A stretch of DNA of 64,000 bases, taken from assembly GCF_009914755.1 (NCBI RefSeq), contig NC_060940.1, one strand, 5' to 3'. The notes beneath the pieces were generated by a model. It was not told where the DNA came from. It searched no databases and worked only from the letters and a program-made list of their open reading frames with translations. A program made the position numbers and the translations under genes. The stretch comes from the human T2T-CHM13v2.0 reference genome, Homo sapiens. Position 1 is the stretch's first letter, and each line of letters begins with the position of its first letter. Below, piece after piece: positions 48,505 through 62,245 of the stretch.

Positions 48505-48900
48505 TGAGTATGTGCATGTATATATGTGTCTAGGTGTCTGTATGCATGAGTTTGTGTCTATATATATGTGTATCTGTGAGCATATGTTCTTGTTTGTGTA
48601 TAAATTTATGTATATGAGCTGTGTGTATACATGGCTATGTAACTGTGTGCAATTGGATCAGTATGTGTGTTTCTATATATAGATTTGTGTGTTTGCCAGT
48701 CTGCATGTGTTTAAATCAGTGTGGGTGCATGTGTACATGTTTATATGTGTGTGTCTCTAGTCTATGTGTATATGTGCCTCTGTAGATATCTGTGTGTCTC
48801 CTTGTTCACATATGCCTTTATGTATCTGTACCTGTAAGTATGAATTTATGTGTATATTTGGGTGACTGTGTGTAGGTAACTATGTGATTGTGTGTCTTTA
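48505..48900. repeat. Degenerate TG/TA low-complexity tract
   Basis: Direct inspection. Confidence 0.8.
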
Positions 48901-49879
48901 CACATGCACCATTAGACATATTTCCTACATTTTAAGTAAGTGAAAGTGTTGTTTGCAGAAAAAATAAGCTATTTAGAACCTAATGTTCTGGAAATATTCA
49001 TATTAAAATACATCTGCTTTTATCATATTCTATATTGTCTACATTTAGCCACAGGTGTTAACAAAATGATAAGCACCTGGAAAGTAGACAATCTAAAAAT
49101 TGTAATGGTATTCATATTAATCTTAGCTTTCTCCATGAATCAAAGTATAAACAATGAGGAAAAATCAGTCTAAGATTTTCATAGCCGGTGTAAACAGGAC
49201 TTATTTCTCATAGAAATATGCTGACACTAGGCACATTCTGAAAGCTTATAGTGTGATGAATCCACTTTCTTAATATTAATTTACTCTTATAGTTTGTTTA
49301 ATATAATATTGATTAAATTAGTATTTGGATTAATGATCTTTTAAATGCAAAGGAACTAAAACAGTATTCTCTTAATACAGAATGATAACTGAAAGACTAA
49401 AATGTTTGGAAATCAGTTTTTAAAGTATTTTATTCTATTGTTCTATTTCATATATCATTACATATCAAAGTATATATTATACTAATTTATACTATATTAA
49501 AGTATAATCATAAATATGTAGAATTCAGGTGTTACCCACCTACATATTGTACACACACACACACACACACACAAACACACAGATGTATATATAACATAAA
49601 TCAAATATATGTAAATGATCTCAAAAAAAGCATTTATTGAATATTTGATAAATGCCAGATATTATGCTAGGTACAGAAAAGCAAGTTAAAAAAGCATGTA
49701 CTCCAATTTTCAGGGACTCAGTTTTAATTAGGTACAGAGCTTGCTACTTGGTTTGTAGGTCCTGGTGAAAAAATATAATCTTTTGTTTGAAAAGCCAGAA
49801 AAAAATGCCATTAAAAATGCACACAAAGATGTTTCCTTTCTTTTTAATCATCTCTTCCTCTCCAGTTGTCTTATAATTT

Positions 49880-50233
<354 letters not shown>

Positions 50234-50628
50234 TAAGCAAGTGATTAGCATTAATTTTCCCATTGGTTATACTGTGCAATGATAGTTTTAAATGTAAACA
50301 TCAGAGCATTTTAGCCCTTAATCAGAATCACTGAAATTGCATGCTTGTATCACAGTTTATCCTTGGAGGGTGCCTTGAGGGTTCCTTGAGTTGGTCTGAA
50401 GAGATAAACACAAGCCAGATTCAGAGAAGGTTAGAAGGAGATCTTCACCCTAGACAGGAGTCTGCAGAAGGAATGCTCTAGAGCAAGGTTATACTCATGG
50501 GGCAAGAGCAGACTGTCACAGGTACCCTGGGATTGCCCTTCCTGCCAACTCCTAGACCTGCTCAGTGTCCCAGCCAGATGTGGGGTCTTGAACATTGAGC
50601 TAGATATTTCCATTTTTCATGAGTCTGC

Positions 50629-50828
50629 CACTCCAACCCATGGCAGATAGCCAACTCCACAAAGATATTTAAACCTATGTGCCAGGTTACACGAACAGAG
50701 GTTGGAAAAGCTCACTCTCACCAAGAGACACTCCAACCCATGGCAGATAGCCAACTTCACAAAGATCTTTAAACCTGTGTGCCAGGTTACACGGACAGAG
50801 GTTGGAAAAGCTCACTCTCACAAAGAGA
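50629..50828. repeat. 100-bp tandem duplication (2 copies, 5 mismatches)
   Basis: 'cactccaacccatggcagatagccaac...ctcactctcac.aagaga' at 50629 and 50729. Confidence 0.95.
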
Positions 50829-51069
50829 CAGGTGTTCTGGGGTGCTGTCAGCCCAGTGTAGGGTGGCTGCCACAGTGCCCCATCCCAAGAGGCCATGGAG
50901 CAGTGTACCCAACTCTCCAGACACTCATAGGGTGAAAGATGGCAGCAGTGGCAGGGTGAGGATGGGGAGGGGAGGATGGGGGGCTTGGGGTAGAGGGAGT
51001 GGGAGAGTGAACTGCTGAGAATCTGCTCTTGGGAGGCTGTGGGAAGTTGTACTACTGATAAACCAAGGC

Positions 51070-51235
51070 TCCAAACCCCAGGGACATGCTCCATTGACAC
51101 ATCATTCAAAACATAAATTTCAAGATAAAATTATTAAATATTTAAAAATGACTATTGCAGTGCATTATTCTCTAAGCAGAAACCCTTCTGGAGAGGGTAA
51201 GGCATAACTGGTCACACACTCTGAAGCCAGCCCTG
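51070..51235. mobile_element. MER91-like hAT-Tip100 fragment
   Basis: 'aaaacataaatttcaagataaaattattaa' through 'tgaagccagccctg'. Confidence 0.55.
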
Positions 51236-51282
51236 GATAGGAGAGAAAGATGCATAGTTTATCTAAACAATTGAAATAGGTA

Positions 51283-51365
51283 CAGATGTAGCTTGTTTTA
51301 TGGAACTTTGCTTTATTGCACTTCACAGGAATTGTATTTTTAACAAATTGGAGATTTGGTGTTAA
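51283..51365 (+). mobile_element. Tigger1-like 5' terminal fragment
   Basis: 'ttgctttattgcacttcacagg...ttttaacaaattggagatttg'. Confidence 0.65.
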
Positions 51366-52010
51366 CGGTATCAAATCTCCAATTTTTTAAAAATGCAATT
51401 TTTAATTTTTATTAATGGTTATTAATGGTAGTGATTATCTGAAGTAGGTTTAGAGATGAATATGAATTTTCTGAGATAAAAAATCATTGGAAATGGAACA
51501 AGAAATCTCATGTCCAAAGTCTCAGAAATGTGGAAGATCATGGCATATTTGCAAAGCTGCAAATAATGACATACCAGTAATGTGTCCCTGCATGCGTGTT
51601 TACATATGCATTGGGGGTGAAAAAAAGATGCAGGAGAAGGTAGTAGGGAGTTGCAGTTGGTTGCATTGTGATAAAACTTCTGTTCCTCCATAAAAGGCTT
51701 GTGTTCTTTAGGGACATGAAATGAATTAAGACATATATCTCAAACTCAAAAATGAGACCTCCAATGCCAAACAGTAAAAGATAACAGGATAAATTATATC
51801 AATGCTTTACAGTCTCAAGGTGTCAGAAATTCTTCATTGATACTGCAGCAACATCAAACATTCAAAGGTCTTAAGTTAGATTAGAAATTGGAAGAACAGA
51901 GCATGCTTGATATTAGACTCTTAAGATTTCTCTGATTTCCTTCCATTAGGATATGTCATTTATGTTATTAGAGAACTACAGTTAAATTCAACTTAGTGAT
52001 GGGTGTTTAG

Positions 52011-52402
<392 letters not shown>

Positions 52403-55400
52403 TGAAAAATTCCCATTTGATTTGTGTTTTATTTTTCAGGAAGAGAATGTATAGATGTTCAATGTCTAAGCAAGAGAAACAAACATTCTTTTCCCTCTCT
52501 CCTCTATCTTGTTCATAAAGCAAGAATTATAAGCCTGCAGTGCGGCTTACAGGTAAAACCAGAAATATTTACATTACATACTCTTTGGCTTATGACCAAA
52601 GAAGAGACTTTTAGTGGTTACTAAGAAATCTGCCCTCTAAACAATAGAACTATTAGAGAATCCCTAACCTTTCTTCATCTCCATAGAGGAGTGTTCATTT
52701 CTGATTTCCTCAAAGTGTATGTGTTATTCCTGTTTCATGTAGCCCAGAAATCCTGCACTAACTTATCACAATGATTGTGAATATATTTATTTATGTCTAT
52801 ATGCCAAAATGTGCTCAATTACAATATTCCCTTCTAGCCTGATCTTTGGCTATTTTTTTCTAACCAAAATCCCTTTGGGTAGGATCCACTGGGCAGGATC
52901 CATCCATTGGATCCTGCTCAATGGATCCCTGCCCAAAGGACCAATGAGAAAAACATGCTTCCTACCCAGTGAGAGCAGGGCCATCTTTTTCTCATTTCCT
53001 CTGGTATATACAGGCTATCAGTATTGATTTTGGCTTACAGATAGCACTGAATATTTTTTGTATTAATTTGAAGTCAATTAAGTTAATTAGTCATAGTAAT
53101 TAACTATGGCTTTAAAATCATAAAGCAGAGAATCAATTGTTAATTTAATTTTTCAAAACCATGCTTAAAACTTTTTTCTTAATGTATAGCTTAGGTTACA
53201 GAGTCACTACCTCTGAGTTACAGACCCCTTTACCCGGGATTAAAAGGGTGGGAGTAGATCATGTAGAGGTGGGTGTAGAATTATACTAGGGATTCATTAA
53301 CCCATAAGCATATTCACACTCCTCAATACTCAAGTGCATACTAAAGCTTAAGTAATATTATGTAAATGTCCATGGACTTCGGACTTGTTAAAAAGATCTC
53401 CTCATTTCCAAAAGAGTGAGGAATCTACGGCCTATTAGAAACCAAAAGAGTTTATCAACGTGTTAATGTATGTGTCTGTGAGTGTCTGGGATGAATGGGC
53501 GTAGTCAGTTCTACCCCCATTCATCCCAGTGAGTGTCTGTGAGTGTCTGGGATGAATGGGGGTAGTCAGTAGTAGTTTCGCACGGTGAAAGTACTACCTT
53601 TTGTCCTGGTTAAAAGGGTGTGTTACTGCACCACAGAATTTGGCCATTTTTGCCATCATCCTCATTTTCATCCTCGCTCGTTAAAAATGGAATAACATTT
53701 TTAATAAATGATACTTTATTGAGTCTTTGCAACATGTAAACACAGCCCAAGGTAATAAACAGCCATTACTTTCCATTCTCAAAACAGTTCTTCCAGGTAA
53801 ACATTCTTATCCCTATTTTATAAATGAGAAAACTGAAGCGTCCAGGGACTCAGAGACTTTGTCTCAAAGTCCTGGAGTTCTTGATTGGGTAGAGCCCAGG
53901 ATTCAAACCCAAGTCACTGTGACTGCAGAGCCATTTTTCTTTTCTTCATAATATGTTTCTCAAAGTGCAGTTCATGGGCCACCTGTGGGTGTAGATTCTT
54001 GGATAGAAATGCATTTCACATGTTTAGGGAGTATAATTCATGGGGCATTCCTTCCTGTGTCCCATCTCTAGAACTATAATCTCTGAAGGTGGGATGAAAG
54101 AATCTGCATTTGAACAGGTAGCATTTGAGAACCACTACCATGGACTATACTGTTATGGAAGAAAAAATGTACTTTGTGAAACTCTAAATTTCCATTTAAA
54201 ATCAAAATTGGGAGAGGTAAGAAATGGCAAAACAGGACATGATACTTGCTAAAGCAAGAAGGTCCCTCCTTGCATCTGTTTTTAAAACCTCTCAGGTCCA
54301 TATTGCTGAGTCTTCACTGGCCATAAACACTTCCAGGAACTTCAGGCTGATTGAATTGGGCACCAGATTTTATCATTGGGCAGCATTTGCTGTGGCTATG
54401 ACTTGGGCATTGGAGTTGCTGCTTGTATAATAACTTGAGTGTGTGTGACATCAAAAGTCTATTTTCAGCATTTGCATATTGCATATTTAAACATATTGGG
54501 ATTTTCTTAGTCTTTGTTTATAGTTTAATCTTTATATTCTAAGAAAATGTCATTTTTAGCTCCAGTCCAAATACTGTATAATCACAGCACTCTGATGTAA
54601 ACTGCAGAGCTGAACTTGAGAAAACTTAATACATTCCACTTCGTAATGTAATAACCAAGTTGAAATCCAACTGCACTAGGAAATGACCAAGAATGTAAGG
54701 GCAGTTTAAAGCCTAATGATCATATTTGCTGCTGCTGATGGTGATGATGATGCCCATTGCCTAAAATGACTGTAGCCAAGGAAAGAAAAGCAATTGATTC
54801 TGAGCTCGTAAAAAAAATTTTTTTTTAAAGAAAATTGTTTCATTCAGGAAATGTTCTTGTGCTTTCCCAAAATGCCAAAAATAAATAAATAAATAATTTT
54901 CGATAGCTTTTCTTCTATCCTCCTTGGCCCAAATCCCAAATCAGGAAAGATGAAGCTTCTAGCTCCCCATTTGTGTCATACTGACTCTGGATACTCAATA
55001 CGTATTTCTTGTTTTCCACTTGTTTTGTCCATCAGCTTGCTGCAGGAGGCAGCTTAAGCTTAGAGGTTAAGAACACGTGTACTGTGAATAGACTGTTACG
55101 AATCAGGACTCTGTCTCTTTATAATTGTGTAAAGAAACTTGACCTTGTCACTCTTTGGACTATTATTCCATCCCCTAAAAACAGAGATGATAAGAGTGCC
55201 TATCTCCTAGGGATTGTTTTGAATATTAAGCAAGATCATATATGCAAAACAGTGAGCCAAGAGGCTGCCCCACATTACATTCTCTGAAATGGTAGTTATT
55301 ATTAATAAACCACTGTACATTTTAGAACAAAGGACTGGTAAAGCCATTTCTAAGGATGATTAATTTAGAGTTCTAGACTGGAGGGAGTTGGCCAACAGGC

Positions 55401-56743
55401 TAAGGGATGAGACAGGAGGTGTTGACGATTCTACAGCTTAACATGCAGAGTTTGCGCCAGAGTGGTGACGATGTAGGTTCTTAAAAAGAAGGAAAAGAGA
55501 CCTTACATCGATTAATTGATTTTTAGGAGCAAGCACTGTGCTCTGTGCTCACATTTATTAATTCACGTATCCAGGTTTGAAACTTAGAATTAACCACAAA
55601 GCAACAGTAAGAAAAGATGGAATAAAGCACTTTACTTTATAGGCTGTCATGGATTACACAGGTAGTAGAAATAGAAGGCCTGGAGTCCCTTCATTTGCTG
55701 GCTACATTTACTGGCCCTAAAAACCTCAGCAGATCATTTTACCTTTATGGGCATCCACTTTTGCATCTGTAAAATGTGGGTAATACTGCTTTGGAGACAA
55801 TGAGCAGGACATTTGCACACATTAGAATTTATAAAGTAATTTTTCAGGAATTATAACATTATAATTTATCCTGAATGTCTTCTGTTTCATCTTTCCCGAT
55901 TTCCCTCCTAATGGAACTGATAGTCCTATCTGCTCACTAATCTGTAGAATTGCTATAACTTATACATACCAATACCTACACTTGTTTTCTGTGTCTTTTT
56001 TTTTTTAAATACTCATTTTACTTGGCCATTGAGTTCCAAGTTAGATGAGCTTTCATTGTTCTTTGAGATACATCAAAATGTTCTCTGTGAGGCCTTCCTT
56101 ACTCCTGCCACCTAATTTCCTGCGTTTGACCATTCATTTTCCTGTGGTCACATAGCAATTTCCATGTACCTCTTAGTACTCGTATCACATTATTTTATAA
56201 TTGTCTACAAGCTCCTAGAAAAAAAGGCTTATTCATTTTTGTATCCATAGCACCTGGCATGGCTTCTGGCAGGGAAGTGGCATGCAATAAATTTTTTTAA
56301 ATGTAATAATTTTAGCTCATTGTTATTAGTACTATGTGTATTAGTGGGGCATTCCCATTTCAGTTTTGGACACATTACCATGAGGGAGAAAATCAGAAAT
56401 CAAAGAAGAAATTTCTACTAAGCTTCATATAATACATGAAAATAATCCTAGCATATCTAATATATGTAAGAAATAATGGTGCAGTTACTAATATAATACA
56501 TTATACAATGTTTCATAGCATATATACTATGTGAGACGTGTCACTTTTTCAAAATGAATGCTAGATCTTTCTGGCTCTAACGTGTTAAAAGGGTCCTGCG
56601 GTTTCTTTCTGCATTCAGTCCTTTGCCCCCTCACTTCATCCACACTTCTGACATCAGTATATACACAGTCACATCATAAATTCAAATACTTTCTGATCTA
56701 GTAGCTCCCTTTTTTTCTCATCAGCTATTCATTTTATCATTAG

Positions 56744-58032
<1,289 letters not shown>

Positions 58033-58060
<28 letters not shown>

Positions 58061-59279
58061 TGCCGTCTCTCCTTTCTCCTCCTAAGCAGCTCTCTTAGTC
58101 TCCTGAATTTTGATGTTCTACTTAGCACCCTCATGTTCTTATGCATGTTGCCCTGCTGGAGGCGTCCTTCTCTTTGGGAAGCCTGACCCACCAACAGTGC
58201 CTCAGGAGATAGACATGGAAGCTTAGCCGGTGGGGGCCCCTCGTCTCTATCCCACCTCAGTTGCAGGGGAGGGGTCGGTTGCAGCTGCAGCGGTGGCCCC
58301 GACAGTTTTCTTTTGCGGGAACTGTGGCCGGCAGCTCTGGGTAGAGAAGACCTACTTGATCCAAGAGCTGCAGGATCCTTGGGCTGCATGTCCTCCCCCA
58401 CCATCAGCAAGCCTGGAGAGCTGGGCAGGTGGTCTTTACCCAGCACCTTCAAGGCCCCCTTCTCTGGCCACAGGGAGCAGCCCGGAACTGGGCAGGGAGC
58501 ACTGTTGGAAGTGGGTCAGGCTTCCCAAAGGGAAGGATGCCTCCAGCAGGGCTGTGTGAACTGGCGACTCCATGGCCCTTGGAGTAGAAACTCACTGCAT
58601 GCACCTGGGCCTTGTCAGTCTGGTTGTTTTCTGTCAAGCTCTTGAGGTGGACATTTCCCTCCAAGGTCCTGGGATTGTACCAGGAGGAAGTGAGGTTTCC
58701 CTGAGTCTCCAGGGGCCTAGAGGTGGAGGCTGCTTCCCCATTGCTACAGGGGCCCCTTTTATTGTCCTCCTGCCCCTGGGTCTCTACCTGGTCTTTCACC
58801 TCCGTTGCTTCTTTGGGCTCTTCTGCCCTCATCTCCGTCTTCGGGAGCCTGGCTGGGATCACCTGCTCATCAAATGAAGGAAGTTGAAGGTTAAACTTGC
58901 CTCTGAGATGAGGGATCCTCAGGGGCCTGAGGTGTCCAAACATCGTGGAGTTGCGAGCAGACAGCGCAGGTTTCTTCCTCGAGGGGGGGCTCCAGACCAC
59001 AGGAGGCAGGACCCTCTGTGGGGTGCCCGTGTTCTGAGGGCTAAGACACAGCCTCATAGGGGCACCATCCCACCTGACTGGAAAAGAAGGCCCAAGATGT
59101 CGCTGACGGTTGAAGAGTGGGAAATGGCCCCAGATTCCCCGGGCAGGCACAGGTGCAGGAGCCGCGGGGTGAGCCCGGCCAGCTGGGAAGGCCTCACGGA
59201 CAAGACGAGCAGGTGGCCGATGGCATGGCCAGGACCTGCGGCGGAACCAGGAACAAAATACGCTTAGTGAGTTGCCCAT
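58033..59279 (-). pseudogene. UPF0607-family (POM121/NPAP1-related) retrogene copy with a 1-bp frameshift at ~58490-58492
   Basis: MGNSLSVFCSWFRRR...MRLCLSPQNTGTPQRVLPPVVWSPPSRKKP...LPTVLPA continues in another frame as PVPGCSLWPEKGALKVLGKDHLPSSPG...RKRKLSGPPLQL...RRGGPRL*; recognised from recalled UPF0607 proteins. Confidence 0.85.
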
Positions 59280-59386
59280 TTTGAGCGAGTTGTGCACAGA
59301 CGAAAGTAAGGGTGAGAAGCGGAGAGGATACTCCTAAGTCACCCACTTCTCTGTGGCCGGGTGCACACTGGGCATCTGGGAGTTTA

Positions 59387-59394
59387 TGACATCA
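59387..59394. promoter_or_regulatory. CRE-like motif TGACATCA ~108 bp upstream of the UPF0607 ATG
   Basis: 'tatgacatcacaatgg'; one mismatch from TGACGTCA. Confidence 0.35.
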
Positions 59395-60658
59395 CAATGG
59401 GGCTGGTGACAGAGCTAGGGTGTGGAGGAGTGCTTAGGAGCCCAGCGAGGGTGCCTACAAGAGGAGTCAAAGGGCAAAGGGTGAGACCCTTCCACCGGTT
59501 CCCCTGGACTCTAGCCTCAGGGACGTCCTGCTCCTGGGGGCAGGTGTGTGGCCCTGGATGGGCCCCCTGTGGGGCTGTTGGGGATGCGGGGCTGATCTCC
59601 CAGAGCGCTTCCGCCTGGCGCCTGGCCCAGGTGCTGGCTGGCACCCAGTGGCCCTGTCTTGGCCGGCCCTGTACCCCGGGTTGCAGGGCCAGAACCTGGA
59701 AGCAGAGCGCAGGACCAGCCAGATCCCGCCAGGCTCTCCAGTGCCTCTGTGCTGCCTGGAGCCAGGCCTGCCTTCTCCATGGCTGCCGTGGCCTCAAGGG
59801 CCACCAGCCTCGCTCCACAGGTTTCCAAGAGAGGATGCAGTGCCCTGACCTGACTGGATGCACCTCTTACCACATGCCTCCCTGGCAGGCAGGGTCTCCA
59901 CTTTTTACAAGTTTGCCTGAGACCATTCCTCAGGTCATTCAGGTGATCATGGCCCAGCCAGGCTTTGAACCTGGGCTGTGCGATTCCACAGCTGGCACTC
60001 TGGCCTGTGTGCCTCATGATCATGGATACAGCATCTATTCTTATTTTTTCCTCTAGTCCTGGGGTACTTAGCACCGTGGCATATCTGTAATAAGCACATG
60101 CACACCTCGAAGGAGGTCTTCACTTCAACATACAAGTTGACCATGGCATGCTCTGGGCTCCAGTCCTCTACAAAGATGTAGGGCAGGAACTACCAGTTGT
60201 CAGCACAGCACCATCCCACATTGCTCTTCTAATGGAGACTTTCACCCCAGATGTTCTTTCTCGTCTGATGGGAAGGATCCAAGTATGTAAAGATTATGTT
60301 CTAGATCAGCTTTGGTCTGTCCTAAAAGAAATTTGCCAGTGGATTATTCCATATGGATAAAAGTCAGTTTCTCTGGTCTTCCTGGAATGTGTCTAGAAAG
60401 CAAATACATTATTTACAATTCATAGTAGATCAATGTATTGGATTAAAATATGACAAACATAATTTGGTCATTGTGAGCATGCCAGCTCGGTCAACTATTC
60501 ACCATACATGATGCCCTAAATATAACTCTAGGTTTTCTTATGCCCAAGAGAGGGACATACTCTTGGGTGTCTGGACTAGGGAAACATGCATGAAAAACCA
60601 TTTGGCCACTCTACATCTTGTTACTGGAGAATTGAAACCATCTATATTCAAAGATATT

Positions 60659-60664
60659 ATTAAA
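60659..60664 (+). terminator. ATTAAA polyadenylation signal of the retrocopied transcript
   Basis: 12 nt upstream of the A-run at 60677. Confidence 0.8.
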
Positions 60665-61519
60665 AGGCAAGAAGTTAAAAAAAAAAAGAACATTGATCTC
60701 ATGATTCTTTCATTATATCCATTTTACATTATCCTGCCTTATACCCACAATTGAAGAGTTGCCACTTTATACCTAGGATAGAGGAGTTGCCACATCATGA
60801 GCATGCTGGCACCAAGTGGAGGCACATCCAGGTTTTTCAGCATTCTCCTGGTAAGGTTGATTAGCTCTCGGAAGCTGAGCATATGTTTAAAATCCTTAAC
60901 CAACATCACTTAGATTTCCTTATAGTTGCATCTCAGTCTATAGCTAAATGGACATGAAATCAATATGCACTCATGGAAAGCTAGCCCCCGTGAGATACAT
61001 TCTAAATAATGCAGCATATCGTAACAATTGGATGGTACATAATTCCCTCCATCTAAAACAAAATTGATTTTTGTCCTCTATTATCCCAGTACTGCAAAGG
61101 GATCTATTTTCATTTAAAGTTTCAAACTTTTCAGCCGTGCACCATAAACAAACACTAAAAGATTTCATAATATTCTCAAGATTGTCCACTCTCAGCAGCA
61201 AAGAGTGCCACTACGAATGCTGAAGGCTAAGAAGTAATAAACCATCAAAAGCTTCATTGCAAATGCTCTGAAAAATCTCTTTTCCTTCCACAGCTCAGCA
61301 GGGTGCAGCTCTGCTTACATTTTCAGGCCATGAATGAGAAAGTTGCCTTTGGCCTTATCTGACCCCTTTCTCCATGTCAGAAAGGGAGAGAACACTCACA
61401 AGATGGAATAAAAGAATTGAATGGTTTGCTTCTTGTTTCCGTCAACCCAATGTCTGCTGCCAAAAAAAAAAAAAAAAAAAAAAGGAAAAAAAACACACAT
61501 TCGAAGCAAATGCTTCTTA

Positions 61520-61658
61520 TTAATATGCATATGGATCTCCTGATGATCTTGATAAATTACTGTTTCAGGACATCTGGGGTGAGGCCTGAAATTCTGCATT
61601 TCTAACAAGCTTCCATGTGATGTTGATGCTGCCAGCCCAAGGACCACATTTTGAGTGG
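61520..61658. mobile_element. MER5A-like MITE
   Basis: 'tctggggtgaggcctgaaattctgcatttctaacaagcttccatgtgatgttgatgctg...ggaccacattttgag'. Confidence 0.75.
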
Positions 61659-62245
61659 TGTGTTGGGCAGAATCCTAACAATGCCCTTCTTCCTCTAAGA
61701 TTCTTATACCCTGGTTATTTAATCAAAGATCAATTTAGGTTCTGCTGGAAGGGAAGTTTGCAGTTATAATTGAAGTTCCAAATCAGTTTTAATTGACCTT
61801 AAGATGCAGAGGTTATCCAGGTGGGCCTGCTCTAATCACATGAGACCTTTAAAAAGCAGGATAAGGGAGCAGAAAGGAGGTAAAGAAATTCAAAAGATGC
61901 GAGGGGTTTGACATGCTGTTGTTGCTTTGAACATGGAGCATGCGTGTGAGAAGGAATGTGTCAGCTTCAAAGAGATGAGGGTGGCCTCCAGATGACAGCC
62001 GGCAAGGAAATGGGGTCTTGTGAGGAACTGGATCCTGCCAAAAACTTGAATGAGCTTGGAAGGGAGTTTATCCCCAGAACCTCCAGAAGAGAATGCAGCC
62101 TTGCTGATACATGGATGTCTTGAGAACAACTGAGAAACTCTAGATAGAAAAAAACAGCTCAACCATGCTGTGCCCAGACTCCTGGAGTCATTTTAAATGG
62201 CTAAGTTTGTAATAATTTGTTAGGTAGCAGCAGAAAACTAATACA
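61659..62245 (+). mobile_element. MLT1E-like MaLR LTR
   Basis: 'tgtgttgggcagaatcctaa' through 'ctaagtttgtaataatttgttaggtagcagcagaaaactaataca'. Confidence 0.75.

Noticed and set aside
59361-60074. Several 100-230-aa overlapping ORFs upstream of UPF0607
   Set aside because: GC-rich sequence open in many frames on both strands, with no recognisable protein.
60148-60360. 70-aa ATG-initiated ORF near the 3' end of the insert
   Set aside because: Far downstream in the terminal exon and no family I can name; comparison with paralogs would be needed.
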